Below, piece after piece: positions 19,725 through 30,127 of a stretch of DNA of 64,000 bases (its first letter is position 1; every line of letters starts with the position of its first letter). A program made the translations under genes and the position numbers. The DNA lies in the NCBI GenBank assembly GCA_965116885.1, contig OZ220741.1, positions 4,992,001 through 5,056,000 on the forward strand, in the 5' to 3' direction. The notes under the pieces were generated by a model. It did not search any database, was not told where the DNA came from, and was given only the letters and a program-made list of their open reading frames with translations. This stretch comes from Candidatus Latescibacterota bacterium (GTDB lineage Bacteria > Latescibacterota > UBA2968).

Positions 19725-20735
19725 TCATCCGAGATGAACATTGCTACCGCCCCACTCAGAAAGCGGAGGCAAGATACCATCGTCAATAGTCTGGTCTCGC
19801 AACGCAGTCAGATGGGCGTAGGATTCGCGCAGGGCATTGATATCGTCTTCGGTACCTTCGGGTATAGACCAGTTCACACCCGAAGCAGACAGAGTCACAG
19901 GCATAGCCATCATAATATTGTCAAATCCCTCGGCATTGAGATATGCACCACAGGGCCAATCATAGGACTCACCCAGAACACCACGCAGCATAAAAACGCT
20001 TTGCTGTGCCGGCGATTGGAACGAAGAACGCCCGCGCAGATCGATAATACGAGCACCACCCCCGCGTACGTGATCTTGAACATCAGCCCATTCATCGGCA
20101 CTCATGCCAACGCCATTGACAGCCTCTCCATTGAGAATATCGGTCAGGGGTGTGCCATCAATCTGAATACCGCCGATAAACACGGCCATCTGTTCGCCGT
20201 GCCCTCCGTACGTGCGACAACCAGTGACTTTGCTCTGCAAAATGTCGAAATGTTGTGCCAGTCGGGTTTGCAAGCGCGTGCTATCGAGCGCGGCGAGGGT
20301 CGTCACGCGCCCGGGTTCGAGTCCCGAATGTACCAGCGTGGTCAACCCCGTAATGTCGGCGGGATTAAAAATAATGATGACAAACTTACAGTTGGAACAA
20401 TACTGTTTGATATCGAGGCCGAGTTGTTTGGCAATTTCTGCATTGTCGCGTCGCAAGTCTTCGCGGGTCATGCCTTCTTTGCGCGGCGCGCCCCCGGAAC
20501 TGATGACATAAGATGCGCCTTCAAGTGCTTCGGCAACATCGGTCGTCCACGTAACATCGGCATTGGGGAAACCGCAGTGATAGACCTCCTCGGCTGCGCC
20601 TTCAAGCCCGGGTGCAAAAGGATCGTACATAGCCACACGAGACGCCGTGTCCGAAGACAAGAGCGTTTGTGCAAGGTTAGAACCAATGGCGCCTGCCGCA
20701 CCCATTACGGAAACTTTTTCATCTGTCAGGTACAT
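19725..20735 (-). CDS. mdh: Malate dehydrogenase
   Basis: GAAGAIGS, GAPRKEGMTREDL, NPAD, LDSTR, GGHGE and RGRSSFQSP motifs. Confidence 0.9.
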   Translation of the reverse strand: MYLTDEKVSVMGAAGAIGSNLAQTLLSSDTASRVAMYDPFAPGLEGAAEEVYHCGFPNADVTWTTDVAEALEGASYVISSGGAPRKEGMTREDLRRDNAEIAKQLGLDIKQYCSNCKFVIIIFNPADITGLTTLVHSGLEPGRVTTLAALDSTRLQTRLAQHFDILQSKVTGCRTYGGHGEQMAVFIGGIQIDGTPLTDILNGEAVNGVGMSADEWADVQDHVRGGGARIIDLRGRSSFQSPAQQSVFMLRGVLGESYDWPCGAYLNAEGFDNIMMAMPVTLSASGVNWSIPEGTEDDINALRESYAHLTALRDQTIDDGILPPLSEWGGSNVHLG

Positions 20736-20765
20736 CGATACTCCTCTTTCTGGTGATGGACGGAG

Positions 20766-20793
20766 AAAACCCCGCACTTTGGTACGGGGTTTT
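20766..20793 (-). terminator. Intrinsic terminator after the TPR gene
   Basis: AAAACCCCG...CGGGGTTTT stem. Confidence 0.6.
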
Positions 20794-20833
20794 AGGATTT
20801 AAATTATGGGTAAACCGAGACGCAATAGATCAT

Positions 20834-22021
20834 CTACTCTGGATTTTGATTCTGAAGCGCCTCGTACATCTGAAATGCTTCGGTTGCTTTTTTTACACAT
20901 TCTGCGGCAACTTCGCCTTCCGCGACTTCTGATTTGCGCGCATAAACACGAGACAACGCCGCCCATGCTCTGGCATTACTCGCTTGCAACTCGGTCACTT
21001 TTGAAAAAGCTTCAATAGCCTTGTCGTAAGCATCTATTTTATCTGCGAGCAGACCAAGCTGGTACCACGCATCGGCGTCAGTGGGATTTGCTTCAACACT
21101 TTTGCCAAACAGATCGAGTGCTCTATCGCCTTTGTCGAGTTGCTTATACGCGATTGCGAGGTTGAACAGCGCATCCATATTATCGGGTTGTACCTCAACC
21201 ACTTTTTCGAGAATCTCAGCAGACTTTTCGTAATTTTCAGCCTGCAAATAAATGCTTGCTGCAATATTCAAAATTTTTGGATCATCGCCAGCAACAGCCA
21301 GCGCCTTTTCCGCTGATTCCGCCGCGCCTTCTTTGTCGTCCAGTCGATATTGGGCAATCGCCATTTGCTCCAAAATATTGATTTCTTCGGGATCAATCTC
21401 ATGGCCCTTTTTGAAATTTTCAAGTGCTTCTTCAAATCGACCAACATTCATAAGCGCGCCGCCCAAATTGTAAAAAGACTGCGCTTTTTTGGGATTGAGT
21501 TCAATTGCTTTTTGATACATCTCAATACCCGCTTCTGAATTGCCCGAATTGAGATGCGTAATAGCCATCCCTTCATAAGCATCGGCTTCATTGGGGTTAA
21601 TCGTAATGGCGAGATCGAATTGCTCCATGGCAAAATCGAATCTCTGGGCATTCATCCCCTTGACAGCCATATTGTAATACCGCGTCCAGAGCTCTTTGCG
21701 ATCGGCATCGACTTTCCTTTTCCACTTTCTGTCCGTTGCCAGATTATAGTGCTCATTCATCTCTTCAAAAAGCTCTTTCTGGCCGTAAAGCCACCCCAAA
21801 TAATACTGCACCTCGGAATCGTCGGGGCGCCCTTCTACAGCGATCATATACTGTTCCATCGCCTTGTCGTATTGGCGCTGGTTGATATACAATTTGCCCG
21901 AGCGTTTGGCTACTGAAGCCTGTCCTTTGGTCACTTTTGCCTCTGCGGTCTGTACGAACAATGGGGTCGCAGCAAAGGCCAGTGCAAGGACAACAATAAA
22001 TCCGCGCTTAAAAAATGTCAT
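20834..22021 (-). CDS. Secreted TPR-repeat protein
   Basis: Signal peptide and roughly 8-9 canonical TPR motifs. Confidence 0.85.
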   Translation of the reverse strand: MTFFKRGFIVVLALAFAATPLFVQTAEAKVTKGQASVAKRSGKLYINQRQYDKAMEQYMIAVEGRPDDSEVQYYLGWLYGQKELFEEMNEHYNLATDRKWKRKVDADRKELWTRYYNMAVKGMNAQRFDFAMEQFDLAITINPNEADAYEGMAITHLNSGNSEAGIEMYQKAIELNPKKAQSFYNLGGALMNVGRFEEALENFKKGHEIDPEEINILEQMAIAQYRLDDKEGAAESAEKALAVAGDDPKILNIAASIYLQAENYEKSAEILEKVVEVQPDNMDALFNLAIAYKQLDKGDRALDLFGKSVEANPTDADAWYQLGLLADKIDAYDKAIEAFSKVTELQASNARAWAALSRVYARKSEVAEGEVAAECVKKATEAFQMYEALQNQNPE

Positions 22022-22144
22022 GGGAATCTTCCTTTCTCAAAGCAACCGGCGCGTTCCGGCAGCAGGTTAAATGACAATGCACACCGCCAATATATGCAGT
22101 GTGCAAAATCCTGTCAAGTCTCTGCGCGAAGGCGCGAACTGCGC

Positions 22145-23476
22145 TTAAAAAATAATCAGTTCTGGACTTTGCAACCTGGGGATCGCGGGTTTGGATGCGC
22201 CAAAAGAAAAACCAATCGGCAAACTAAAGCCGCGGATAGTACCCAGGGTTCTATTATTTTCGAGATCGACGATAAAGACCTGCAAATTGCCCGTTGTAGA
22301 AAAAGCGTCGAGTCTTTCAACACCGGTGACGTACACAGTCTTACCATCGGGTGTAAGGCCGATATTTGCCACACTTTCACCGACAAAAATTTCGGCTGTT
22401 TGCCTCCATGTTTGTGTATCAATGACCACAATACCGCCCCAGAACGCGGGCACGGAATTGCCCAGGGCATCAAAGCCGAAAAAGAAACGACTGAGAGATG
22501 CGACAAGGCGTGTGCCATCGGCGGAAAGCGCGATATCGCGGACTTCAACGCCCAGATCATTGGCCTGACCGAGTGTGAGGCTATCGGCAATCGCTCTGGT
22601 GCTGGTATTGACGTTGAGCACGCGGCCCGCGCGGGTATTGTTGAGATAAAGGGTTTGTCCATCGGGCGAGACGGCCATTCGACTGACGGTTTGGCCCACC
22701 GAGATACTGTCAATCAGCGCTGGAATACCCGTGTCAATAACAGACACGGCATTTGTAGCAAGACCATGCCCAACAAAGAGGCGTGTGCCATCGGGCGAGA
22801 TGGCAATACCACTGGGCGTGGACGGGACATCAATAATGTCCAGAGACTGCCAGGCAAGCAAATCAAATACTTCGACCGCCGCACCGGATTCTTCGGTCAC
22901 ATAAGCAAACTGGTGATCGGGTGAAAGCACAATGCGAAACCCGCCCCGACTTGTGAATGCTCCGCCCGGTGCAATTGGCATTTCGAGTGAGAGTTGAAAT
23001 TCGGGAATTCCATCTTCAGTAAATGCGTGGAAGGTATCGGTAGCAGCCACATAAAGCCGCTTGTTGATATTGGAAAACGCAATACCCCGCGGAAAAGAAA
23101 CGGGAATTATTCGATTGGGATCGAGCAAATTGGTCGAGAGGTCAAGAACCTGAATATTGCCAATTAAATCGCTAATATAAAGAAACCGGGGCGCGGGTTC
23201 TGCAGGTGGAGGTGGCGGCGGACTTGAAGACCCGCCAAAAGCATTGACAAAAAGCAAAAAATCCGAAAAATCGATTGTGCCATTGCCATCGAGATCGAGT
23301 TTTTCATTAAAATCATCCTGACCGGCGGACTTGCCAAACCCTTGAGCAAACGCCAGAAAGTCAGTGAAATCGACCGTGCCATTGCCATCAAAATCAGCCG
23401 ACTTTGTTTCCTGGGCATCGAGCAATGAGGATGCCAAAATTAGTGTGAGAGATAATGCAATCGCGGTATATTTCAT
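22145..23476 (-). CDS. Secreted protein: paired EF-hand/dockerin-like domain plus YVTN/YncE beta-propeller
   Basis: Two DxDGNGTxDFxDFL repeats, a Pro linker, and repeated SPDG...YV blades. Confidence 0.8.
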   Translation of the reverse strand: MKYTAIALSLTLILASSLLDAQETKSADFDGNGTVDFTDFLAFAQGFGKSAGQDDFNEKLDLDGNGTIDFSDFLLFVNAFGGSSSPPPPPPAEPAPRFLYISDLIGNIQVLDLSTNLLDPNRIIPVSFPRGIAFSNINKRLYVAATDTFHAFTEDGIPEFQLSLEMPIAPGGAFTSRGGFRIVLSPDHQFAYVTEESGAAVEVFDLLAWQSLDIIDVPSTPSGIAISPDGTRLFVGHGLATNAVSVIDTGIPALIDSISVGQTVSRMAVSPDGQTLYLNNTRAGRVLNVNTSTRAIADSLTLGQANDLGVEVRDIALSADGTRLVASLSRFFFGFDALGNSVPAFWGGIVVIDTQTWRQTAEIFVGESVANIGLTPDGKTVYVTGVERLDAFSTTGNLQVFIVDLENNRTLGTIRGFSLPIGFSFGASKPAIPRLQSPELIIF

Positions 23477-23604
23477 AAATATTTCCTTTTTGAAGGGTAC
23501 TTATGATACATTTGACCGTTGAGGCTGTCAATCTGAATTAATTACATTTTGGGACGTTTCCCATTTAATTATAGTTCCCAGTTCTAAATAAAATAGGAGA
23601 TATT

Positions 23605-24390
23605 GTGTTACCCGATTATCCGACAATTTTCTGGATTCTAGCTGTCATTTCTGTAATTTTTGTCGGTATAGCCAAAGCCGGGTTTGGCGGAGGCGTTGGC
23701 ATTTTGGCAACGCCACTCATGGCACTTGTCATTCCCGTAGCAGATTCGGCGGCGATTTTGTTGCCACTCTTAATGGTTTGTGACGTATTTGCCGTTGCAC
23801 ACTACCGCAAGCATTTTCATCGGCGCAGTGTAAAATTGCTCTTACCCGGTGCCGCAATCGGGATCGGTATAGGCGCATTATTCTTTGGGTACTTCAGCGC
23901 GAATGAGCGCGTATTGCAACTCGGTTTGGGGATTTTGAGTTTGTTTTTTGTGGTATTCCAAGCTTTGCGCGCATTGATTACGGGCGCACTCACAAAGCGA
24001 CATCCACACAGTGCAGAAGGCGTTTTCATGGGCGCAATAGCGGGCTTTACATCAACTATCGCACATGCTGGCGGTCCTCCCACAACCATCTATTTGCTCC
24101 CCCAACAATTGCCCCGCGACCTCTTTGTGGGAACAACCGTAATTCTTTTTGCAGCGATCAATCAGATGAAATTAATTCCCTATTTGGGATTGGATATTTT
24201 GCGAGCCGAACATCTCGTCACAATTGCAATCCTATCCCCATTGAGCTACGCGGGCGTGAGATTGGGCATTTTCTTCAACAAGCGTTTTACAGACCACTGG
24301 TTTAATATAGCCGTCTATTCAATTCTATTTATCGCAGGCGTACAGTTAATTTCAGGCCAAAACTTAATTCAGTTGTTAGGCATTGTGTAA
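23605..24390 (+). CDS. Sulfite exporter TauE/SafE family
   Basis: GIAKAGFGGG and GFTSTIAHAGGPP motifs; about 8 TM helices. Confidence 0.9.
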   Translation: MLPDYPTIFWILAVISVIFVGIAKAGFGGGVGILATPLMALVIPVADSAAILLPLLMVCDVFAVAHYRKHFHRRSVKLLLPGAAIGIGIGALFFGYFSANERVLQLGLGILSLFFVVFQALRALITGALTKRHPHSAEGVFMGAIAGFTSTIAHAGGPPTTIYLLPQQLPRDLFVGTTVILFAAINQMKLIPYLGLDILRAEHLVTIAILSPLSYAGVRLGIFFNKRFTDHWFNIAVYSILFIAGVQLISGQNLIQLLGIV

Positions 24391-24471
24391 ACTGTAAAAT
24401 TGCCCTATTTTTAAAAATAAAGGGCCGGGGACTGGTGTGATCTTTTCACGTCTCACTTCTGGAGGTTGGCC

Positions 24472-25083
24472 ATGGCATCGCGCATCTGCTTTCTACTGAC
24501 CTGTCTCGTCGTTTTTGCCGGATGTTATACGCAGCTTCGGGCACCGCGCGTTCATCAAAAACAACGCGCCGAATCCCCTGTCAAACCTTCTGATAAGTCT
24601 GTGCAACGGTTTGAATATTACTATTACAATTATTGCAATCCGTCTCCCCTGCCATTTTACGGTTCGTACAATCCATATCGCCCGCACCATCCATATCGGC
24701 GATATCCGGTGTGGAACAGACACCGCCTCATCTGGAAATATTCGAGTTGGGCAAGTGTGTACGATCCGTGGTGGCGGGGGTGGTCGCCGAGAATTTTGGT
24801 GTCTCATATTGTATATGCCCCAGCAGTAAGACCTGATATAGAACGCGAACAGGTCAACCCGCGTCCCCAGATAAGGTACACGGGCGCACGGGGCGCACCC
24901 GCCTCGGCCAGCGCAATTCGGAAGGACAGCTCCACAACGGAAAGCACACCGTCAACCCAGCAGACGGGAAACTCGCGCAGCACCAAAACACAATCAGCAG
25001 AAAAATCAGAAAAAAAAGAAGAACAGTCTGAAAAGCGCGAAGAGAAACGCTCAACACAGCGCCGCAGAGGGGGAATGAGATAA
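24472..25083 (+). CDS. Putative lipoprotein with a Tyr/Trp/Pro-rich core and a low-complexity tail
   Basis: GGAGG RBS, lipobox FAGC followed by YTQL; abuts the FadL-like gene (TAATG). Confidence 0.65.
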   Translation: MASRICFLLTCLVVFAGCYTQLRAPRVHQKQRAESPVKPSDKSVQRFEYYYYNYCNPSPLPFYGSYNPYRPHHPYRRYPVWNRHRLIWKYSSWASVYDPWWRGWSPRILVSHIVYAPAVRPDIEREQVNPRPQIRYTGARGAPASASAIRKDSSTTESTPSTQQTGNSRSTKTQSAEKSEKKEEQSEKREEKRSTQRRRGGMR

Positions 25084-26357
25084 TGCGAAAACATCTCTAT
25101 ATCCCGACATGTATGATTTGTGCCTTTGCAGTGTCTATCCAGGCACAAGAAGTCGTTCTCGATAGCTTTTCTGGCATTGGTGCCCGCGCCATGGGCATGG
25201 GCGGTGCTTATATTTCCGTATCCGATGATTTTTCTGGCCTGTTCTGGAACCCCGCGGGATTGGCCCGGGTCGAGCGCGGAACCGTAAATTGGAGCGTTTC
25301 ACACGACCGTTTTCGCAACATATCGCAATTCTTTGACCGCTCTTCAACCTTTGAATTGCGCAGTACGCGCATTGCATCCCTGGGATTTGTCTATCCCGTT
25401 CCCGTGTATCGCGGGAGTCTGGTCTTTGCCGGAGGCTTTGGGCGCAATCGAAATTTTGACGGGGGATTGCAGATCGATGCGTATGATACCAGCGTCAATT
25501 TTGATAAAGCGGGATTTTCAGAAGACAAAGGTGCTCTGGGCGCGTGGACATTGGGAACTGCAATTGATCTGATGCCGCGTTTGTCGGCGGGGATCTCGTT
25601 GTTTCGCTGGGGTGGAACAAATCGCTTTATGCAGGAATTGACCCTTGAGGATGTGCAACGGGTACACGCCGACACCGTCCGCATCTTCCAGCGTTTTGAA
25701 TCTGAGGAACGCTATTCTGCCTGGGGTATCCAGGGCGGCATTCTGTATTGGCATCCCACGGGTTTCCGGTTTGGCATTGTGGCAACAGCAGCCACGCCTT
25801 TGCGCGTATCGGCTGAACTGGCAGATGAATTTGAAGACGCGTTTGAAGACCGCACAGATACCTATCCACGCGAATCTTTTTCAGACGCATATGAAATTCG
25901 CCAACCCCTGACTTTTGGGATGGGAATCGGATGGTCATCGGGTGGATTGACGGTGAGCGGCGACGTGCATTACGGCGATTTACAAGAAGTAACCTACGAG
26001 ATTTTGCCACTCAATATTGCACCCAATGTAGATGATTTCCGGCGGCAATATCGCAGCGAGGCGCGGTTGCATTTGGGATGTGAATATGCTATTCCGCATT
26101 GGGGTATTGCGTTCAGAGGTGGATACTACCGCGACCCGGTTCGCTATGTGGGAGGTGGCAGTGTCCCAGAAATTCAAATTGAGACAGACCGCGATGCGTG
26201 GACACTCGGTTTTGGCACCGAATTGGAAAAGGCTGTAACTCTGGATTTTGCCGCAGTGATTGGCGGCTACAAAGCCATTGAAGGCAATCGCGCAGATCGC
26301 GTGCGTGCAGTGCGGGTACTCGCTTCCGCGCGTTTTTATTTTTTTACAGGACTTTAG
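25083..26357 (+). CDS. FadL/OmpP1/PorV-family outer membrane beta-barrel
   Basis: GARAMGMGGAY...WNPAGL hatch motif; alternating beta strands. Confidence 0.82.
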   Translation: MRKHLYIPTCMICAFAVSIQAQEVVLDSFSGIGARAMGMGGAYISVSDDFSGLFWNPAGLARVERGTVNWSVSHDRFRNISQFFDRSSTFELRSTRIASLGFVYPVPVYRGSLVFAGGFGRNRNFDGGLQIDAYDTSVNFDKAGFSEDKGALGAWTLGTAIDLMPRLSAGISLFRWGGTNRFMQELTLEDVQRVHADTVRIFQRFESEERYSAWGIQGGILYWHPTGFRFGIVATAATPLRVSAELADEFEDAFEDRTDTYPRESFSDAYEIRQPLTFGMGIGWSSGGLTVSGDVHYGDLQEVTYEILPLNIAPNVDDFRRQYRSEARLHLGCEYAIPHWGIAFRGGYYRDPVRYVGGGSVPEIQIETDRDAWTLGFGTELEKAVTLDFAAVIGGYKAIEGNRADRVRAVRVLASARFYFFTGL

Positions 26358-26376
26358 AGAGCACAAAGGAGTTAGC

Positions 26377-27171
26377 ATGGGGCAGTATATTTCTGAAGCA
26401 CAGTGGGCAACATTTGAAGCGCAGGGGTATCTTCACCTCGGCAATGTGATGGACGATGGGGAACTGGAGGCATTGCAGCATCGGATAGATGAGATCATGC
26501 TGGGCACGGCGTCCATCGACTACGATCATGTAATGATGCAACTGGATTCCGACCCCGAAAACAATGGAAAACCCGGCCCGCAGAGCAAGGGACATAAATA
26601 CGCGACACTTGGGTATCGCAAAATACAAAATTTGGAATTGGACCCCCTCTTCCTCTCATTTTTGCAAAAATCGCAGTTTCGAGAAATCTGCGAACACATA
26701 TATGGCAAAAATACCCCTGTAGATTGTTTTCGAGCGATGTTTATGAACAAACCCGCGCACGACGGCACCCCGCTGGTGTGGCATCAGGACCGCTGGACCG
26801 ATCTAACCCTCGATCCCCAAATCACGATATGGACGGCTCTGGATCCCACATCCGTTGAAAATGGCTGTGTGAAAATTATTCCCGGATCGCATAACAAGTT
26901 GATAAATCCCGAGCACGGGTCTGGATTTTTGGCCGACGAACACATCGAGACCATTGTATCCCAATACGAGCCAATAGATTTAATATTAGAAGCCGGCGAC
27001 TCGGTTTTGCTCCACAACTGGATGCTACACAGTTCGGGCGTGAATATCACAGATATTGCGCGACGCGCATTTAGCGTGTGTTATATGCATGGTGACACGC
27101 GCTCATTGCGCGGCAGCACCTTCACCCGTGTCTTTGGCAAAGATGCAGCGGTTCCCAAAGCCGTCGCGTAA
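26377..27171 (+). CDS. Phytanoyl-CoA dioxygenase (PhyH) family
   Basis: WHQD, ENGCVKIIPGSH and LHSS...RRA motifs. Confidence 0.9.
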   Translation: MGQYISEAQWATFEAQGYLHLGNVMDDGELEALQHRIDEIMLGTASIDYDHVMMQLDSDPENNGKPGPQSKGHKYATLGYRKIQNLELDPLFLSFLQKSQFREICEHIYGKNTPVDCFRAMFMNKPAHDGTPLVWHQDRWTDLTLDPQITIWTALDPTSVENGCVKIIPGSHNKLINPEHGSGFLADEHIETIVSQYEPIDLILEAGDSVLLHNWMLHSSGVNITDIARRAFSVCYMHGDTRSLRGSTFTRVFGKDAAVPKAVA

Positions 27172-27177
27172 TTGCGT

Positions 27178-28920
27178 ATGTCTGACCCCATCGTTTTATT
27201 TGAATCGCACCGCAAAGGTGCGAGTTTTCGTTTTTGCGACCCGTGCGATACCATCTGCGTTTCGCATCCCGAAGACGTTGGCCCCGCACTCGACCGCATT
27301 GAACGAGCTGTCCATTCGGGACTACACGCAGCGGGATTTTTCTCTTATGAAGCCGCATCGGGTCTGGATCCCGTTTTAAAAACGCACGTACCGGGAGATT
27401 TTCCACTCATGTGGTTCGGCCTGTTTCGGCATCGAGAAAATATCCCTGCCGAAACACCGAATGGTAGAAACTACGATCTGGGCGCGTGGCGTCCCTCTAT
27501 TTCGCGCTCTGCTTACGATGCCGCCCTGAATCGCATTCGAGACCTCATCATTGCCGGCGATACCTATCAGGTTAATTATTCCTTTCGTCTGCGGGCAAAT
27601 TTTTCGGGCAATAGCCTTGGCTTTTACCGCGATCTTTGTCGAGCGCAACGCACGGATTATGCGGCGTATTTGGATATCGGGCGATTTCAAATCCTATCGG
27701 CTTCACCCGAATTGTTTTTTGCGTTGAAAAACGGCACACTAACCACACGTCCGATGAAAGGTACAGCACCTCGAGGAAGATGGTGGAAAGAAGACAAAGC
27801 GCGTGCAAAACAGCTTCAAAAATCCCAGAAAGACCGCGCAGAAAATGTGATGATTGTCGATCTGTTGCGCAACGATTTGGGGCGCGTATCAAAAGCTGGT
27901 AGCGTGAAAGTGCCAGCACTGTGGCATGTCGAGCATTACGAAACACTATTGCAGATGACCTCAACCGTAACATCGCGCATGCGTCACGACCTGAGATTGC
28001 GCGAATTGGTGACCGCACTCTTTCCGTGCGGCTCTGTGACCGGCGCGCCAAAAGTGCGTACAATGGAAATTATCAAAGAAGTGGAGCAAGCTCCGCGGGG
28101 AATTTATACCGGAAGCATTGGATACCTCTCGCCGGGAGGTGACATGGCCTTTAATGTGGCGATTCGCACAGTCTGCATTGACCGCAAAACGGGCATTGCA
28201 GAATTTGGCGTCGGCAGTGGCATAACCTGCGATTCTTCAAGTGATGGCGAGTATGAAGAATGTTTGACCAAAGCGCGCCTGCTCGCCGATCAACAACCCG
28301 CTTTTGACTTATTTGAAACCCTGCGATACGATGGCAAAAACGGGTTCTTTTTGCTAAATCGTCATATAGGTCGGATAGAATCGTCCGCGCGGTATTTTGG
28401 ATTTGCTTTTGATCGGTCAAGCGTCCTATCCGCGCTCAAAAATGCTGTATCGAATCTGGGCAAATCACCACACCGTGTACGCCTTGTCTTATCGCGCAAT
28501 GGTTGTGTACAGGTCGAAACTGCACCACTGAAAAAAACATCGCAAAATCGCACGCTTTCCGCCTGTATCTCACCGCTTCCAGTTGACAGCCGCGATCCCC
28601 TATTATTCCACAAAACAACGCGCCGCGAACCCTATACCTCTCGATTGGACATGTATCCCATGTGTGAAGAAATCATTCTCATCAACGAACGCGGCGAAGC
28701 AACAGAATGCAGCATTGGCAATCTCGTCGCCAAATTGGATGGTTTATATGTAACGCCTCCCATCTCCTGCGGCCTGCTGGGAGGAACTTTTCGAGCTAAA
28801 TTAATGTCTCGGGGAAAACTCACAGAACGGGTGCTAAAGGTGAACGATCTGAAACGCGCGGAGGCACTCTACATGATCAATTCTGTGCGAAAATGGACAA
28901 GACTTAAACTTGTAGATTAG
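27178..28920 (+). CDS. pabB: Aminodeoxychorismate synthase component I fused to a class IV aminotransferase/ADC lyase domain
   Basis: GDTYQVNY, SPELFF, PMKGT, KDRAENVMIVDLLRNDL and PCGSVTGAPK; C-terminal FETL...HKTT...TECSIGN...GLLGGTFR. Confidence 0.9.
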   Translation: MSDPIVLFESHRKGASFRFCDPCDTICVSHPEDVGPALDRIERAVHSGLHAAGFFSYEAASGLDPVLKTHVPGDFPLMWFGLFRHRENIPAETPNGRNYDLGAWRPSISRSAYDAALNRIRDLIIAGDTYQVNYSFRLRANFSGNSLGFYRDLCRAQRTDYAAYLDIGRFQILSASPELFFALKNGTLTTRPMKGTAPRGRWWKEDKARAKQLQKSQKDRAENVMIVDLLRNDLGRVSKAGSVKVPALWHVEHYETLLQMTSTVTSRMRHDLRLRELVTALFPCGSVTGAPKVRTMEIIKEVEQAPRGIYTGSIGYLSPGGDMAFNVAIRTVCIDRKTGIAEFGVGSGITCDSSSDGEYEECLTKARLLADQQPAFDLFETLRYDGKNGFFLLNRHIGRIESSARYFGFAFDRSSVLSALKNAVSNLGKSPHRVRLVLSRNGCVQVETAPLKKTSQNRTLSACISPLPVDSRDPLLFHKTTRREPYTSRLDMYPMCEEIILINERGEATECSIGNLVAKLDGLYVTPPISCGLLGGTFRAKLMSRGKLTERVLKVNDLKRAEALYMINSVRKWTRLKLVD

Positions 28921-28929
28921 GAGACTATT

Positions 28930-30111
28930 ATGTATCGTATCGGACAACCCGAAAGCAAGCGCGTGGAAACCCTTCTGGATAGCGGTGAAATTTTTCGCTA
29001 TGGAAAGGCTGGCGAATGCGATCAGTTTGAAGCAGATTGGGGAAAGCGATTGGGCGGTGTGCAGGTGCGAATGACTACAAGCGGCACGGCATCGATTTAT
29101 TGCGCCCTCATTGGCCTGAAAGTTGGGCCGGGCGATTCGGTCATTGTGCCATCGTGTACCTATATGGCGACCGCCCTTGCCGTTGTTGCCGCAGGAGCCA
29201 TGCCCATTATAGCCGAAGTAGATGAATCGATCACCCTCTCGCCCGAAGATGTCGAGCGAAAAATTGCCCCGCATACAAAAGCCATCATTCCCGTGCATAT
29301 GTGGGGATTGCCCTGTAATATGGACGCACTAATGACCATAGCGGAAAAACGCGGGATAAAAGTATTAGAAGATGCGTGCCAGGCCGTGGGAGGTGGATAC
29401 AAAGGGCGCGAACTCGGTTCTATCGGGCATGCCGGGGCATTCAGCTTTAACTATTTCAAAAACATGACCAGCGGCGAAGGCGGCGCGTTTGTCTCTGCCG
29501 ATGAATCTGTGTTTCGGCGCGGATCAGTGGCTGCAGATTGCTGCTCTTATTACTGGAATCCCGACGAACACCGTCCAGATGAACAATTTGCCGGATTGAA
29601 TTTCAGAGCCACGGAAATCTCGGGCGCCATTCTCAACGCACAACTCGAGCGCATCGACGAAATGCTGGACCGCATGCGCGGCCACAAACGAACCCTGACA
29701 AAAGTGGGCGAAGACGCGGGCCTGACATCCATTACAAACAACTGCCCGGATTGCGAATGCGGGACCCATGTCGGCTTTATTTTCGATTCTGAAAAAAATG
29801 CGCGCGCCTTTGCCAAACGGATATCGGAATTGAAAGGCCGCGCTTTTTTACCCATCGATACCGGACGACATGTTTACACGCGATGGGATCCCATTATGCG
29901 AAAGCAAGGCGCACACCATCCCGCGCTCGACCCATTTAATCTGCCGCAAAATAAGGCATTAAATATCGAATATTCAATGGATATGTGTCCTGACTCACTG
30001 GATATATTGAGCCGCGCAGTACTCATTGGCATGCACCCGGACAATGACCGAGAAAAAATAGATGAACTTGCAGACGCTATTCGAACATCTGCACAGGTCG
30101 TTAAACAATAG
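28930..30111 (+). CDS. DegT/DnrJ/EryC1/StrS PLP aminotransferase
   Basis: SGTAS, KAIIPVHMWG, EDACQA and SFNYFKNMTSGEGG motifs. Confidence 0.9.
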   Translation: MYRIGQPESKRVETLLDSGEIFRYGKAGECDQFEADWGKRLGGVQVRMTTSGTASIYCALIGLKVGPGDSVIVPSCTYMATALAVVAAGAMPIIAEVDESITLSPEDVERKIAPHTKAIIPVHMWGLPCNMDALMTIAEKRGIKVLEDACQAVGGGYKGRELGSIGHAGAFSFNYFKNMTSGEGGAFVSADESVFRRGSVAADCCSYYWNPDEHRPDEQFAGLNFRATEISGAILNAQLERIDEMLDRMRGHKRTLTKVGEDAGLTSITNNCPDCECGTHVGFIFDSEKNARAFAKRISELKGRAFLPIDTGRHVYTRWDPIMRKQGAHHPALDPFNLPQNKALNIEYSMDMCPDSLDILSRAVLIGMHPDNDREKIDELADAIRTSAQVVKQ

Positions 30112-30127
30112 AAAAGGAGATTTTGGC

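Noticed and set aside
20311..20327. GGGTTCGAGTCCC T-arm-like motif
   Set aside because: Inside mdh coding sequence with no cloverleaf around it
19170..20756. 528-aa plus-strand ORF
   Set aside because: Antisense shadow of mdh and the PLP enzyme; no recognisable motifs
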